From positions 96,001 to 160,000 of the forward strand of contig CAVZJB010000005.1 of assembly GCA_963775425.1 (NCBI GenBank): a DNA stretch of 64,000 nucleotides. The letters run 5' to 3'. Under the pieces are notes generated by a model, which made no database searches, was not told the origin of the DNA, and saw only the letters and a program-made list of their open reading frames with translations. Source of the DNA: an uncultured delta proteobacterium. Its GTDB lineage: Bacteria > Myxococcota > UBA727 > VGSZ01. Shown here piece after piece: positions 9,981 to 19,938 of the stretch (positions within the stretch are counted from its first letter, which is position 1; each line of letters begins with the position of its first letter). Both the position numbers and the translations under genes were made by a program.

Positions 9981-10787
9981 TCATCGGCGGCGGCGACGAC
10001 GGCGGACCGAAGCGAGGCCGAGCAGCGCCAGCGCGGCAGCCGGCGCGGCGGCGTCGCTGGCGGTGGTCGCGGCGCAGCCGCCCGTGTCGCCTTCGCCTTC
10101 GCCCTCGCCCTCGCCCTCGCCTTCACCGCCGTCACCCTCGCCTTCGCCTTCGCCTTCGCCTTCGCCGACGTCGCCTTCGCCTTCGCCTTCGCCTTCACCC
10201 TCGCCGATGCTTCCTTGCACGTCGAAGCTGAACGAGTCGACGCCGACGCGATCGCCGCCGCCCGAGCTCGAGCCGTTCACGTCGTTGGCCGCGACGAAGA
10301 TGTTGTGCGTGCCCGGCTGAAGGTTGGTGAGGTCGAAGTGGAACACCGCGACGCCGCTGCCATCGAAGGCCTTGCGCGCGCTGTGGCTGATCTGGTTGTC
10401 GTGCGTGGCGCAGGTGCCGCACGTGACGATCTTCGTGCCCGACTCCGCGATGGAGAAGTCGCCGGCGGTGTCCGTGGAGGCTTCGAAGCCGGCGCAGCGC
10501 GTGCCGCTGCAGCTCCCGGTCGAGCCCGACGTGTCGCCGACGCGCGTGATGGTCAGCGTGACGCTCGCCGTGTCACCGGCGTTGAGCGGCCCCTCGAGGC
10601 CGGTGACCGCGATGGTCGGCGGGGGGGTGTTGCTCCCGTGGCACTGGCGGCAGGTGTGCGCGCTGTCGTCGCCGTCCTCCCCGGAGCGGTTCGCCGGCGG
10701 CCCCGTGGAGTAGGCGAGCGCGGGCGCGGCGGCGACCACACAGGCAGCGACGACGACGAGGACAGGCAAAAGACGACGCATGTTCAT
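9981..10787 (-). CDS. MYXO-CTERM surface protein with CxxCH motif and Reeler-like domain (paralog 2)
   Basis: AYSTGPP..RSG...TCRQCH, AGFEAS, ISHSARK, FVAANDVNG...GDR, GE repeats, GGCAA...RRRRRR. Start is 10787 or 10781. Confidence 0.8.
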   Translation of the reverse strand: MNMRRLLPVLVVVAACVVAAAPALAYSTGPPANRSGEDGDDSAHTCRQCHGSNTPPPTIAVTGLEGPLNAGDTASVTLTITRVGDTSGSTGSCSGTRCAGFEASTDTAGDFSIAESGTKIVTCGTCATHDNQISHSARKAFDGSGVAVFHFDLTNLQPGTHNIFVAANDVNGSSSGGGDRVGVDSFSFDVQGSIGEGEGEGEGEGDVGEGEGEGEGEGDGGEGEGEGEGEGEGDTGGCAATTASDAAAPAAALALLGLASVRRRRRRR

Positions 10788-10985
10788 TCTCTCCTGGGAC
10801 AACGCGTGGCAATGAGACCGGCGACGGCGATCACGGCCCGAGCCGGGGCCCGGACGGCCATCGAGCCGGCACTTTGCCGCACCGCGACGGCGACTGCCAA
10901 CCGCGGCGCGGAGTCGAAGCGGACCGTGCCCCGTCTTCCGCCGCCATTCAGCGATCCGACCGCGCTCACCACCAGCGCGAGACCA

Positions 10986-12512
10986 TCACCGCGACACGCG
11001 ACGACGACGGCGGGGGCGCAGCGCCCCGAGCCCGACGAGGCCGAGCAACGCGAGCGCCGCCGTCGACGGTCCGGCATCGCTGCAATTGCAACCACCGCCT
11101 TCGCCTTCGCCCTCGCCCTCGCCCTCGCCTTCGCCTTCACCGGCGTCGCCCTCGCCCTCGCCTTCTCCCTCGCCTTCTCCCTCGCCTTCTCCCTCGCCTT
11201 CGCCTTCGCCCTCGCCCTCGCCTTCGCCTTCGCCGGCAGCGTCGTGGCACTCGATGCCGTTGCCGACGAGCGGCGGGTTGCACGTGCAGGTGAAGCCGTT
11301 TTCGAGGTCGGCGCAGGTGGCGTCGTTGGCGCAGTTGTCGGTGCCGGCGGCGCACTCGTCGACGCCGGGGGCGCACGCGTCCCCGGTGCCGTCGCCGTCG
11401 GCGTCTTCCTGGCCAGGGTTCGGCGCGGTGACGCAGTTGTCGCAGGCGTCGCCGACGCCGTCGTGGTCGGTGTCGTCCTGGTCGCCGACGCCCGCGGTGC
11501 CCGCCTGCGCGGCGCCGTTTTCGACCGTGGGGCAGTTGTCGCACGCGGTGCCGATGCCGTCGTTGTCGGCGTCGTTCTGCGCGACGTCGGTGGCGAGGGG
11601 GCAGTCGTCGCTCACGCCGTTGAAGCACACGTCTCCGGCGGGCGCGGGCTCGTTCGGGCCGTCGCAGAAGCCGTCGCCGTCGGTGTCGGCGAGGAGCGGA
11701 TCGGTGCCGGCGGCGGCTTCGGCGGCGGCGTCGAGGCCGTCGCCGTCGGGGTCGGGGTCGCAGATGTCGCCGGTGCCGTCGCCGTCGAGGTCGCTCTGGT
11801 CGGGGTTCGCGTCGCCGGGGCAGTTGTCGCAGGCGTCGCCGACGCCGTCGCCGTCGCCGTCGGCCTGGTTGTCGTTGGCGTCGTTCGGGCAGTTGTCGCA
11901 GGCGTCGCTTTCGGCGTCACCGTCCGCGTTGGCGGTGCCGCACACGTCGAAGGTGACGGTGGCGGTGGTGGGGCGGTCCCCGGTGGTGCTGCCGCCGTCG
12001 ACGTCGTTGGCGGCGATGAACAGCGTGTGGTGCCCGGGCTGGAGGTCCGTGAGGTTGACGTCGAAGTGCGCGTCTCCGTTTCCATCGAACGGGTTGCGCG
12101 TGGAGTGCGTGATGACGTTGTCGTGCGGCTTCTGGGTCGCGACGAACGCGAGCCGCTCCCCGGTGCCGGCGACGAAGTCGCCCGCGGAGTCCGTGGACAC
12201 CTCGAAGCCCGCGCAGCGGTTCGGGCACAGGTTGCCGATGTGCTGCGTGATGTCGTTGGAGTGGATGTTCACCGTGAACACCAGGCTCTGACCCGGGTCG
12301 TGCGGCCCGGCGACGCCGTCGACGGTGATGTCCGGCGTGGGGGTGTGCGCCGCGTGGCAGCGGACGCAGAAGTTCTGCCCGCTGTTGGCGCAGCTCTCGC
12401 CGGGCTCGTTGGTGCACACGGCGGGGGCGCCGCTGGAGTTGGCGTGGGCGGCGCCGTCGATACCGACGAGGACGACGACGAGGACGGCGGCGATGAGATA
12501 CGGGGTGCGCAT
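10986..12512 (-). CDS. MYXO-CTERM surface protein: CxxCH/Reeler-like domain, thrombospondin type 3 repeats, Ca-binding EGF-like domain (paralog 3)
   Basis: ANSSGAP...CVRCH, multiple DGDGVGDACDNCP repeats, DECAAGTDNCANDATC.D..NGFTCTC EGF, GE linker, GGCNC...RRRRR. Confidence 0.85.
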   Translation of the reverse strand: MRTPYLIAAVLVVVLVGIDGAAHANSSGAPAVCTNEPGESCANSGQNFCVRCHAAHTPTPDITVDGVAGPHDPGQSLVFTVNIHSNDITQHIGNLCPNRCAGFEVSTDSAGDFVAGTGERLAFVATQKPHDNVITHSTRNPFDGNGDAHFDVNLTDLQPGHHTLFIAANDVDGGSTTGDRPTTATVTFDVCGTANADGDAESDACDNCPNDANDNQADGDGDGVGDACDNCPGDANPDQSDLDGDGTGDICDPDPDGDGLDAAAEAAAGTDPLLADTDGDGFCDGPNEPAPAGDVCFNGVSDDCPLATDVAQNDADNDGIGTACDNCPTVENGAAQAGTAGVGDQDDTDHDGVGDACDNCVTAPNPGQEDADGDGTGDACAPGVDECAAGTDNCANDATCADLENGFTCTCNPPLVGNGIECHDAAGEGEGEGEGEGEGEGEGEGEGEGEGEGEGDAGEGEGEGEGEGEGEGGGCNCSDAGPSTAALALLGLVGLGALRPRRRRRVSR

Positions 12513-12550
12513 GGGGCCGCGACTCTACCCCGGTGCGCTCCGCGCGCCCA

Positions 12551-13657
12551 TCAACCGAACAGCTCTTTCACCTTGTCGAAGAACGACTTGTGCTCGGGGT
12601 GCACGTCGTCGCCGCTGGCGGCGGCGAACTTCTCGAGGTGGTCCTTCTGCTCGTCGTTCAAGTCGCGCGGGACCTCGATGCGCACGCGCACGAGCTGATC
12701 GCCGCGGCCGGAGCCGCGCAGCAGCGGGATGCCCTTGCCCTTCAGCCGGAACACGGCGCCGGGCTGGGTGCCCGCGGGGATCTTCATCTGCACCTTGCCG
12801 TCGAGCGTGGGCACCTCGAGCGCGCAGCCGAGCGCCGCCTGCGGGAACGACAGCGGCAGCTCGCAGAGCACGTTTTCCTCGTCGCGCTGAAAGAGCGGGT
12901 GCGGCTTGATGGACAAGACCACGTAGAGGTCGCCGCGCGGCCCGCCGCTCCTGCCGGCCTCGCCTTCGCCGACGAAGCGCAGCCGGGTGCCGTCGTTCAC
13001 GCCCGGGGGCACCTTCACCGACAAGGTGCGCTCGAGCTCGCGCTGGCCGCGGCCGCGGCAGTCCTCGCAGGGCTTGTCGACGATGCGGCCGGCGCCGCCG
13101 CAGGCGGGGCAGGTCTTGGCGATGGCGAAGAAGCCCTGGCTCACCCGGATCTCGCCGGCGCCGCCGCAGGTCTGGCACACCTTGGGCTTGCTGCCGGGCT
13201 TGGCGCCGGAGCCCGCGCACGTCGAGCACTCCTCGAGGCGCGGGATGGTGACCTCCTTGGCGGCGCCGAAGGCGGCCTCCTCGAAGGTGACCTCGAGGTG
13301 GTAGCGCAGGTCGCTGCCGCGCATGGCGCCGCCGCGGCGGCGGCCGCCTCCGAAGAGGTCGCCGAAGATGTCCCCGAAGATGTCCTGGATGTTGACCGCG
13401 CCGCCGCCGAAGCCCCCGAAGCCGCCCATGTCGCCGCCGGCGTGGCCGAAGCGGTCGTAGTGGGCGCGCTTTTCGGGGTCCGAGAGCACCGCGTATGCCT
13501 CGGAGGCCTCCTTGAATTTCTCCTCGGAGGCCTTGTCGCCGTCGTTCTTGTCCGGGTGGTGCTCGTGCGCGAGCTTGCGATACGCCTTCTTGATGGCGCG
13601 GTCGTCCGCGTCTTTCGAGACGCCGAGCACTTCGTAGTAGTCGCGCTTTTCAGCCAT
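12551..13657 (-). CDS. dnaJ: Chaperone DnaJ
   Basis: [12 protein letters not shown] motif, G/F region, four CxxCxGxG zinc-finger repeats and C-terminal domain. Confidence 0.97.
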   Translation of the reverse strand: MAEKRDYYEVLGVSKDADDRAIKKAYRKLAHEHHPDKNDGDKASEEKFKEASEAYAVLSDPEKRAHYDRFGHAGGDMGGFGGFGGGAVNIQDIFGDIFGDLFGGGRRRGGAMRGSDLRYHLEVTFEEAAFGAAKEVTIPRLEECSTCAGSGAKPGSKPKVCQTCGGAGEIRVSQGFFAIAKTCPACGGAGRIVDKPCEDCRGRGQRELERTLSVKVPPGVNDGTRLRFVGEGEAGRSGGPRGDLYVVLSIKPHPLFQRDEENVLCELPLSFPQAALGCALEVPTLDGKVQMKIPAGTQPGAVFRLKGKGIPLLRGSGRGDQLVRVRIEVPRDLNDEQKDHLEKFAAASGDDVHPEHKSFFDKVKELFG

Positions 13658-13708
13658 GCTCACCATGGGGGAGTCCGCCCGCGCAACGTAGGCTCCGCAC
13701 CGCCGACG

Positions 13709-14842
13709 TCAACCCTGGGGCTGCAGGATGCGGTCGAGCGCTCCAGCGACGAGATCCACCGTGGACGCCGCGAGCTTCCCGTCCGTCAGGAGGTGGTGGT
13801 CGGCGCCCTTCACCTCGATGAAGGCGTCGGGGGCGAGGGCGCGGATGCGGACGCGGTCCTTGTCGCCGTACTGGACGTCCTTGTCGCCGAGGACGACGAC
13901 CTTGGGCGCCGGCACGGCGTCGACGAGCGCGGCGGTCCGCCCCGTGAGGTCCATCCATCCCTTCCAAAACGCGATGGTCGCGCCCTGCACGCGCGCGGTC
14001 GGTGCGAACCTGCCTGCCTTGATGGAGCGCAGCTCTGCCTGCCGGGTGCCTGCGAGGTTCTTCAGTTGGTTGGCCTCCTCGAGCAGCGTCGCCTTCTGCG
14101 CCGGATCCTTCGCGCTCCTGGCCGCGCGCTCGGCCTGGCGCGTGCGCGCCTTGAGCCCCTCGACGATGACGTCGTCGATGGCCCGGGGGATGGGCGCCGC
14201 CAGCACGATGGCCGCCGCCTCCTTCGCGCACGTCGACGCCAGCGCCACCTGTGCGGCCTGCGCGTGCGCGAAGAGCACGATGCGCCCGTCGAAGCCGGGC
14301 TCGTCCTTGACGAGCGCACAGGCGGCGTCGACGTCCTTCTCGAGGGCGCCCGGGCCCTCGGCGTCGATGTCGTCCTGGGGGTTCTTGGCGCAGAGCGGGT
14401 CGTCGTTGGGGCCGCAGGTGCGCTTGTCCCAGGTGAGGACGTTCATCCCGCGGGCGGCGAGGGCGTCCGCCCAGGCGAGCGAGACGTCGACGGGCTCCTG
14501 GTAGCGGGTGACGCCGTCGCCGGCGCGCGTGCCCTTGCGCGAGATGTCGCTCGAGCCGGGGACGATGAGCACGGCGGGGCCCTTGCCGCTCGCGGTGCGG
14601 AAGACGTCGGGGTGCGCGAGCAGCGCGCCGAGGTGGGCCTCCTGGTCGCCGACCGCCACCGTGATGGTGCGGTCCTCGTGGATGACCTGCACCGGCGGCG
14701 GCGGCGGTCCTTCGCCCTCGGGTCCGCCGAGGTGCGGACCGGCGCCGCGCGTGCCCGGGCAGCCGGCGAGCGCGACGGCGGCGACGACGGCGACGACGGT
14801 GACGACGACGACGACGACGGCGGGCCGGGGGGCGCGTCTCAC
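13709..14842 (-). CDS. Alpha/beta-hydrolase-fold lipoprotein, nucleophile Ser apparently absent
   Basis: Lipobox ALAGC, PAVLIVPGS, LTWDKR, elbow reads AHAQA instead of GHSQG, GDKDVQ, GADHHL. GTG start overlaps the upstream stop. Confidence 0.7.
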   Translation of the reverse strand: MRRAPRPAVVVVVVTVVAVVAAVALAGCPGTRGAGPHLGGPEGEGPPPPPVQVIHEDRTITVAVGDQEAHLGALLAHPDVFRTASGKGPAVLIVPGSSDISRKGTRAGDGVTRYQEPVDVSLAWADALAARGMNVLTWDKRTCGPNDDPLCAKNPQDDIDAEGPGALEKDVDAACALVKDEPGFDGRIVLFAHAQAAQVALASTCAKEAAAIVLAAPIPRAIDDVIVEGLKARTRQAERAARSAKDPAQKATLLEEANQLKNLAGTRQAELRSIKAGRFAPTARVQGATIAFWKGWMDLTGRTAALVDAVPAPKVVVLGDKDVQYGDKDRVRIRALAPDAFIEVKGADHHLLTDGKLAASTVDLVAGALDRILQPQG

Positions 14843-15336
14843 GCCGCTTCCCCGTCGAGGTCGCGGGGGGCCGCGCGGAAGGCGGCGCCGACGTCGAGGA
14901 CCTCGAGGCTCCCCTCGCCCGCGGAGAAGTCGGCGCCGTCTGCGAGGCCGGTGAGCTCCTGCAGGCCCTCGCCGACGAGCGGCCGCCCGCCGACGAAGAC
15001 GATGAGGCTGAGCGCGCCCTCGCCTGCGCCGTTGACGACGACGCCGGCGGCGGCCTTCAGGTGGCGCATGGCGAAGGTGAACACGTCGGAGCCCACGAAC
15101 CCGATGTCCTTGACGTCGTGGCCGCACAGCACGAGGCCGCGCACGAGGCCGTCGCGGGCGGCGAGGGAGTCGCCGTCGTCGCCGCGGGCCACGACCACGA
15201 CGCTCTTGCCGCCGGAGGTGCGCCGGCGCACCAGGGTGCCGAGCGCGCGTCCGAGGCGCGCCGACGCGCCGGCGTCGAGGTGTTGCACGTCGCCGCGGAG
15301 GCTCGAGCCGCGCAGGAGGGTGGCGAACGCCGTCAT
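14839..15336 (-). CDS. Stand-alone phosphomannomutase/phosphoglucomutase domain I homolog without the phosphoserine loop
   Basis: Aligns by eye to the AlgC N-terminus (LRG...LGRALG...VVVAR...LVRGLVLCGHDVKDIG...F.M......GVVV) but has VNGAGEG in place of TGSHNP. Only 165 aa. Confidence 0.7.
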   Translation of the reverse strand: MTAFATLLRGSSLRGDVQHLDAGASARLGRALGTLVRRRTSGGKSVVVVARGDDGDSLAARDGLVRGLVLCGHDVKDIGFVGSDVFTFAMRHLKAAAGVVVNGAGEGALSLIVFVGGRPLVGEGLQELTGLADGADFSAGEGSLEVLDVGAAFRAAPRDLDGEAA

Positions 15337-15393
15337 GCGGCGGGTGCTAGCACGGCGCGCGGAGCGGCGCGACGGCGGCGTCGGCGGCGCGCG

Positions 15394-16611
15394 TCAGTCG
15401 GGCACGGACGCCGGCTCGGCGTGCGCGTGGGCGTCGGTGTGCAGGAGCATCACGTAGGTCTTGAGCTTGATGTCGAAGGGGACGTCGACCTGGAAGCCCT
15501 TGGGCGTGATGTCGAAGCCGGCGCCGGTGAGGAGCGCGGTGGGCGGCACCATGGTCCACGTCGCGCGGAAGCGCCACGTCGAGCTGAAGCTGCGCCCGTG
15601 GTGCACGCGCGCCGGCGGCGGGTCGCGCATGGCGTCGACGGCGGTGGTGATGGCGTCCTTCACGCCCTCGTCGATGCCCGGGTGCCCCGACGACAGCGGG
15701 AGCTCGACGGTGACCACCTTGCCGTCGGGGCCCTGCGTGAGGACCACCTCGGTGATGGCGTGGAAGCGGAACGCGCCCCTGCGGCTGCGCATGAGCTCGC
15801 GCAGGCGCTCGATGCGCCTGGGCTCGAGCGACGGGCGCTCGCCCTGCGCGTACTGCTTGGCCAGGTCGAGGTACGCGAGCCACATCTCGTTCCACGCCAC
15901 GCGGCCGTCGTCGTCGACGAAGCCCTTGAGCATGCCGAGCTGCGTGACGGCCTTGCCACCGTCGTTGAGCTCCTTCATCGCCGGGCGCCAGTTGGTCTCC
16001 ACGCGGTTCTTCAGCTCGCGGAAGTAGTCGTCCGCGAGACCGACGGTGACCTCGTCGTCGCTCAGGTCCGTCTCGAGGTACCGGCGCGCGTTCGTCGCCG
16101 CGCGCCGGGCGTCGCTCATGGGGCCGTCCGCGCGGGCGTCGAGCGATCGCTCGAGGGTGGTGGCCGACGGACCGAGCGCGCCGCCGGTGCCGAGGATCTT
16201 GCCGATCACGCCGTCGCCCTTCGGGAGACGCACCAGGCTCTCGCCCCCGTTGTCGTCGACGGCGGGCGGCGCCGCCGCCACCGGCGCCTCGACGTGATCT
16301 GCCTCGGGGCTCGTCGTCGCCGGTGTCGTCGTCGGCGGGGGCGTCGCCGGGGGCGTCGTCGTCGTCGGCGGCGCTGTCGTCGGGGGCGTCGCCGGCGGGG
16401 GCGGCGTCGTCGTCGGCGCTGTCGTCGGGGGCGTCGCCGGCGGGCGCCCTTCAGCCCGGCGCGGCGTCACGATCTCCACCTCGACCACCTGCCGCTCCCC
16501 CTCGTGAAACATGCGGCGCGTGGGCGTCCAGGCCGCGACCACGAGGAGCGCCGCGTGCACCGCCAGGGCGCCGGCGAGGGCGGCGAGGTCACGGCGGCGT
16601 TGGGCGCGCAT
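15394..16611 (-). CDS. TonB/TolA-like membrane-anchored protein (Pro/Thr-rich stalk, TonB-C-like domain)
   Basis: N-terminal ALAVHAALL anchor, PPTT repeats, YFRELKNRVETNW and SSGHPGIDE motifs. Confidence 0.6.
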   Translation of the reverse strand: MRAQRRRDLAALAGALAVHAALLVVAAWTPTRRMFHEGERQVVEVEIVTPRRAEGRPPATPPTTAPTTTPPPPATPPTTAPPTTTTPPATPPPTTTPATTSPEADHVEAPVAAAPPAVDDNGGESLVRLPKGDGVIGKILGTGGALGPSATTLERSLDARADGPMSDARRAATNARRYLETDLSDDEVTVGLADDYFRELKNRVETNWRPAMKELNDGGKAVTQLGMLKGFVDDDGRVAWNEMWLAYLDLAKQYAQGERPSLEPRRIERLRELMRSRRGAFRFHAITEVVLTQGPDGKVVTVELPLSSGHPGIDEGVKDAITTAVDAMRDPPPARVHHGRSFSSTWRFRATWTMVPPTALLTGAGFDITPKGFQVDVPFDIKLKTYVMLLHTDAHAHAEPASVPD

Positions 16612-16800
16612 CGCCGCCGATCCTATCGACAAACCGCCGCGACCCTGCGGGCGCCGGTCACGCCGCCCGCGCGGCCGACGGCGCGCCGGTGTCCGTGCGG
16701 GCGTTGCCCCGGGGCCGCGCGCTGCGCACCGCCGGTGCGACCCGCGCTCGCGGCGACGGCGGCCGTCGTCTCAGGCGGTTCTCGATGCTACCGTCGTCAC

Positions 16801-17223
16801 GTGAGCGATGAGCTGGTCAGGAACGTGGCGTCGGCGCTCGCGCCCATCGAAGGCGTGCGCGTCGCATACGTCTTCGGTTCGCAGGTGACCGGGCGCGCCA
16901 CGCCGCGCAGCGATCTCGACGTCGCGGTCGCCTACGCGCGCGCGCTCGACGCTGCGGGACGCGAGGACGCGCGTCGCGCCGCCGTCGCCGCGCTCACGGA
17001 CGCCCTTGGCCGCGTCGGGGAGCGCGCCGACCTCGCGGACCTCGAGCGCTGCGACAGCGGCGTGGCTTTCCGCGCGATTCGCGACGGAGCCCTCGTGCTC
17101 GCTCGCTCCGAGCGCGAGCGAATCGACGTAGAGTGCCTCGTCGTCCGGCGCTATGACGACGATGCCCCTCGGCGCGCGCTCTACCTCGAAGCGGCCCGGA
17201 GGCTCGCGCATGGTCGCCCTTGA
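16801..17223 (+). CDS. mntA: Type VII TA antitoxin, MntA-family minimal nucleotidyltransferase
   Basis: AYVFGS-QVTGRATPRS-DLD matches GSx10DxD. Overlaps the downstream HEPN gene. Confidence 0.88.
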   Translation: MSDELVRNVASALAPIEGVRVAYVFGSQVTGRATPRSDLDVAVAYARALDAAGREDARRAAVAALTDALGRVGERADLADLERCDSGVAFRAIRDGALVLARSERERIDVECLVVRRYDDDAPRRALYLEAARRLAHGRP

Positions 17224-17647
17224 CGCTGTCGTCGTCGGTCGGCGCCTGCTCGCGCTGAACGAGGCCCTGGAGGAGCTGTCGCGACCCGAGGCCGGAGACC
17301 CAGCGCGCCTCATCGCAGACCGAGTCCTGCGCGCCGCCGTGGAGCGCTGGCTCCAGGTCGCCATCGAGGCCTGCATCGACGTCGCCGACCACGTCATCGC
17401 CGCCGAGGGCTGGACGCCGCCCGAGAGCGGCCGCGCCGCCATGATGGCCCTCGCGGGCCACGGCCTCATCTCCGCCGACCTCGCCCGCAACCTTGCGCTC
17501 GCCGTCGGGATGCGGAACCTCCTCGTGCACCAATACGCGAGCGTGGATCTCACGCTCGTCGCGCGCGCCGTGCGCGAGGATGTCGGCGATCTCCAGGCGT
17601 TTGCCGGTACTGCGGCGTCGTGGCTGGCGCCCGCGAGCTCACCCTGA
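17210..17647 (+). CDS. hepT: Type VII TA toxin, HepT/DUF86 HEPN ribonuclease
   Basis: AVERWLQVAIEACIDVA, and RNLLVHQY matches Rx4HxY. Confidence 0.9.
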   Translation: MVALDAVVVGRRLLALNEALEELSRPEAGDPARLIADRVLRAAVERWLQVAIEACIDVADHVIAAEGWTPPESGRAAMMALAGHGLISADLARNLALAVGMRNLLVHQYASVDLTLVARAVREDVGDLQAFAGTAASWLAPASSP

Positions 17648-17656
17648 GCGTGTCGC

Positions 17657-17792
17657 CGGTGACGAGAGCGGCTCTTGCGGCTCGCGCAAAGACCGACTGG
17701 CTCTCGTCGACGGCGCCGCGACGTGGCTGCAGCCATCCTCGCGTTGGCGCAGAGCGCGTCGACGAGTGCGCTGACGCTAGCGCTCTGAGCGC
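17657..17792. terminator. Two imperfect hairpins between convergent genes
   Basis: GACGAGAGC...GCTCTCGTC and CAGAGCGC...GCGCTCTG stems. No poly-T tail. Confidence 0.35.
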
Positions 17793-17847
17793 ATGCCGCG
17801 ATGCGTGCTTCGATGGTGAAACGAGCCGGATCTGCACTCGCGCTTGA

Positions 17848-19275
17848 TCATTGTCGCCCCGCCGAATCGGATTCGAGGACCTCGATCTTGACGCCGGGCT
17901 TCAACAGGCGCGCCGCCGCCAGCGAGAGCTGCAGGTGCTCGCTCGGCAGGGTGCTGCCCTCGGCGAGCTTCAAGCGCTCGGGGCCGGCGGGGAACTGGCC
18001 GAACGTGGGGTCGGCGGGAACGAAGCCCTCGCCGTCGAGGTACACCTCGACCCACTCGTGGTAGCCGGCCCGCGTGCCGTCGATGATCACGCCGTCGACG
18101 AGGCGCGTGGGGAAGCCGCGGGCGCGCAACAGCGCCGACAGCAGCACGCTGTGCTCCGTGCAGTCGCCCGCGCGGCTCTCCAGGGTGGACACCGCCGGCG
18201 CGTAGCCGCGGTCGAGGCCCTTTTGCTTCACGTAGTGGAAGACGAAGTCGTTGAGCTTCTTCACCTCGTCCTTCTTCGAGGTCGCGCCCTTGGCCGCCTC
18301 GTCCGCGGTCCTCTTGATGCGCGGGTCGTTCACCTCTTCGTAGGGCGTGGCGCTCAGCAGCTCCGCCCGGCGCGCCGGCGTGAGCTTGCCGGTGAACGTG
18401 TCCCCTGCCTTCACCTCGACGATGACCGCGTCCCTGGTGCGCTTCTTCACCTTCTGCCGCGCGTCCTCGGGGACGTCGAAGTGCTTGGCGTCCGGCGCCA
18501 CCACCCGGTAGAGCACGCGCGACACCGGCGGCCGCACCTCCTTGGTGATCCACGTCGACAGCTTCAACAGGTCCGACGTGCCCGCCACGATGTCCTTGGG
18601 CGCGTGCCCCGGCGGATACGCCACGATGCCCATCGACGGCGTCCGCGCGACGATGGTCTCGCCCTTGGCGTTCATCTCCTCGTCGGTCTCGAGCTTCATG
18701 AAGGTGGACTTCACCATGAAGCCGTCGCCCTTCTTCTCGATCTCCACGTGCATGTCGACGGGCGCGCCCATCTCCTCGATGACCACGGGCTTGTCGAATT
18801 TCTCGCCGGCTTTGAGGTGCTCGCGCGTCTCGTGCTCGACGGCGACGGAGAAGGTGGTGCCCGGCTTCACCGGCAGCGAGTTTTTCACCGTGGAGCCGTT
18901 TTGCGTGGAGGTGAGCTCGAGGGTGTTGCCGACGATGCGCCCCTCGGTGACCAGGGTGCCCGAGGCGTCGGTGCGCTCGTAGCGGTACTTCACCGGCGTG
19001 CCGTCGGGCTTGAGGGTCACCAGGGTCTTGGTGAGCATGTCGTTGGTGGTGGCGCCGCGCGTGACGTGCAGCTTGGTGACGCGCGACAGCTCGATGCCCG
19101 ACGCCGTCTCTTTGTCGAGCGCCTCGATGGTGCCCACCTCCTGCCCACCGAGCGACACGACGAGCGTCTGGTTGAGCAGCGTGTCGTCCGCGCGCGCGCC
19201 CGCGGTTTGCGAGGCGAGCGCGACGACGACGGTGAGCCAGGCGGCGATGGGGGCGGCGGCGAGCGAGCGTTTCAT
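17848..19275 (-). CDS. Exported transglutaminase-like (Cys-His-Asp) domain protein
   Basis: Signal peptide. GDCTEHS, YHEWVEVY and PADPT motifs in the C-terminal domain. Confidence 0.88.
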   Translation of the reverse strand: MKRSLAAAPIAAWLTVVVALASQTAGARADDTLLNQTLVVSLGGQEVGTIEALDKETASGIELSRVTKLHVTRGATTNDMLTKTLVTLKPDGTPVKYRYERTDASGTLVTEGRIVGNTLELTSTQNGSTVKNSLPVKPGTTFSVAVEHETREHLKAGEKFDKPVVIEEMGAPVDMHVEIEKKGDGFMVKSTFMKLETDEEMNAKGETIVARTPSMGIVAYPPGHAPKDIVAGTSDLLKLSTWITKEVRPPVSRVLYRVVAPDAKHFDVPEDARQKVKKRTRDAVIVEVKAGDTFTGKLTPARRAELLSATPYEEVNDPRIKRTADEAAKGATSKKDEVKKLNDFVFHYVKQKGLDRGYAPAVSTLESRAGDCTEHSVLLSALLRARGFPTRLVDGVIIDGTRAGYHEWVEVYLDGEGFVPADPTFGQFPAGPERLKLAEGSTLPSEHLQLSLAAARLLKPGVKIEVLESDSAGRQ

Positions 19276-19409
19276 GCGCGGGAACCTAGCATCGAGACGG
19301 CCGGCGGCGACGGCGCATTCAGCAGCGGCGCGCGCCGCTCGCGCGCCGCCGGCGCGCGGGCCGCGGCGGATCCGTCGACGACGGCGACCCGCCGCGGGGG
19401 CCGCGCCCG

Positions 19410-19802
19410 CTACGCGGCCTTCTTGCCGGCGACCGCGTCCGCGGTGCGCTGCACGAGCTCGCTCACGCCTTCGCCGGCGTTCTTGCCCGTCGACACGCCG
19501 CTGTTGGTGACGCTCTCGCCCGCCGCGATGAACGCGAGCGTGAGGTGATCGACGCGGGCGACCACCCTGCGCAGCAGGCGCAGGCTCCCCTGCTGCAGGT
19601 CGTCGACGAAGTCGATGGCGCTCGAGGTGCGGGTGAACACCTCGCCGTGCACGTCGCGCAACGCGCCGAAGCAGGCGTCGCCGGTCTTCTGCGCCAGCTC
19701 GGCGCCGGCCTGCACGACGGCGGGCAACAACGCGCGCTCGCCTTCGAGGCGCACGGGCTTGTCGGTGGACTTTTCGATCTTCTCGGGGTTCTTCTCGGCC
19801 AT
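19410..19802 (-). CDS. Hypothetical amphipathic helical protein (phasin-like)
   Basis: ATG after GGAGG, helical composition, no signal peptide. Confidence 0.55.
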   Translation of the reverse strand: MAEKNPEKIEKSTDKPVRLEGERALLPAVVQAGAELAQKTGDACFGALRDVHGEVFTRTSSAIDFVDDLQQGSLRLLRRVVARVDHLTLAFIAAGESVTNSGVSTGKNAGEGVSELVQRTADAVAGKKAA

Positions 19803-19859
19803 GGTGACGTTCCTCCCGGCGGCGCTCCGTCCGCCCTGCCGGAGACCATGCCGACGCAC

Positions 19860-19879
19860 TGTGTCATTCGTGTGACACA
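19860..19879. promoter_or_regulatory. Perfect 7-6-7 inverted repeat, putative operator
   Basis: TGTGTCA-TTCGTG-TGACACA in an AT-richer intergenic region upstream of the 19802 gene. Confidence 0.6.
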
Positions 19880-19938
19880 ATGCGTTAATCTTTGGTCACG
19901 ACGTCGAGACCGCCGGGTGTGAGCACGCCCGCCCGTGC

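Noticed and set aside
17650-17850. Integron attC site after the TA module
   Set aside because: No RYYYAAC/GTTRRRY core pair and no integrase seen.
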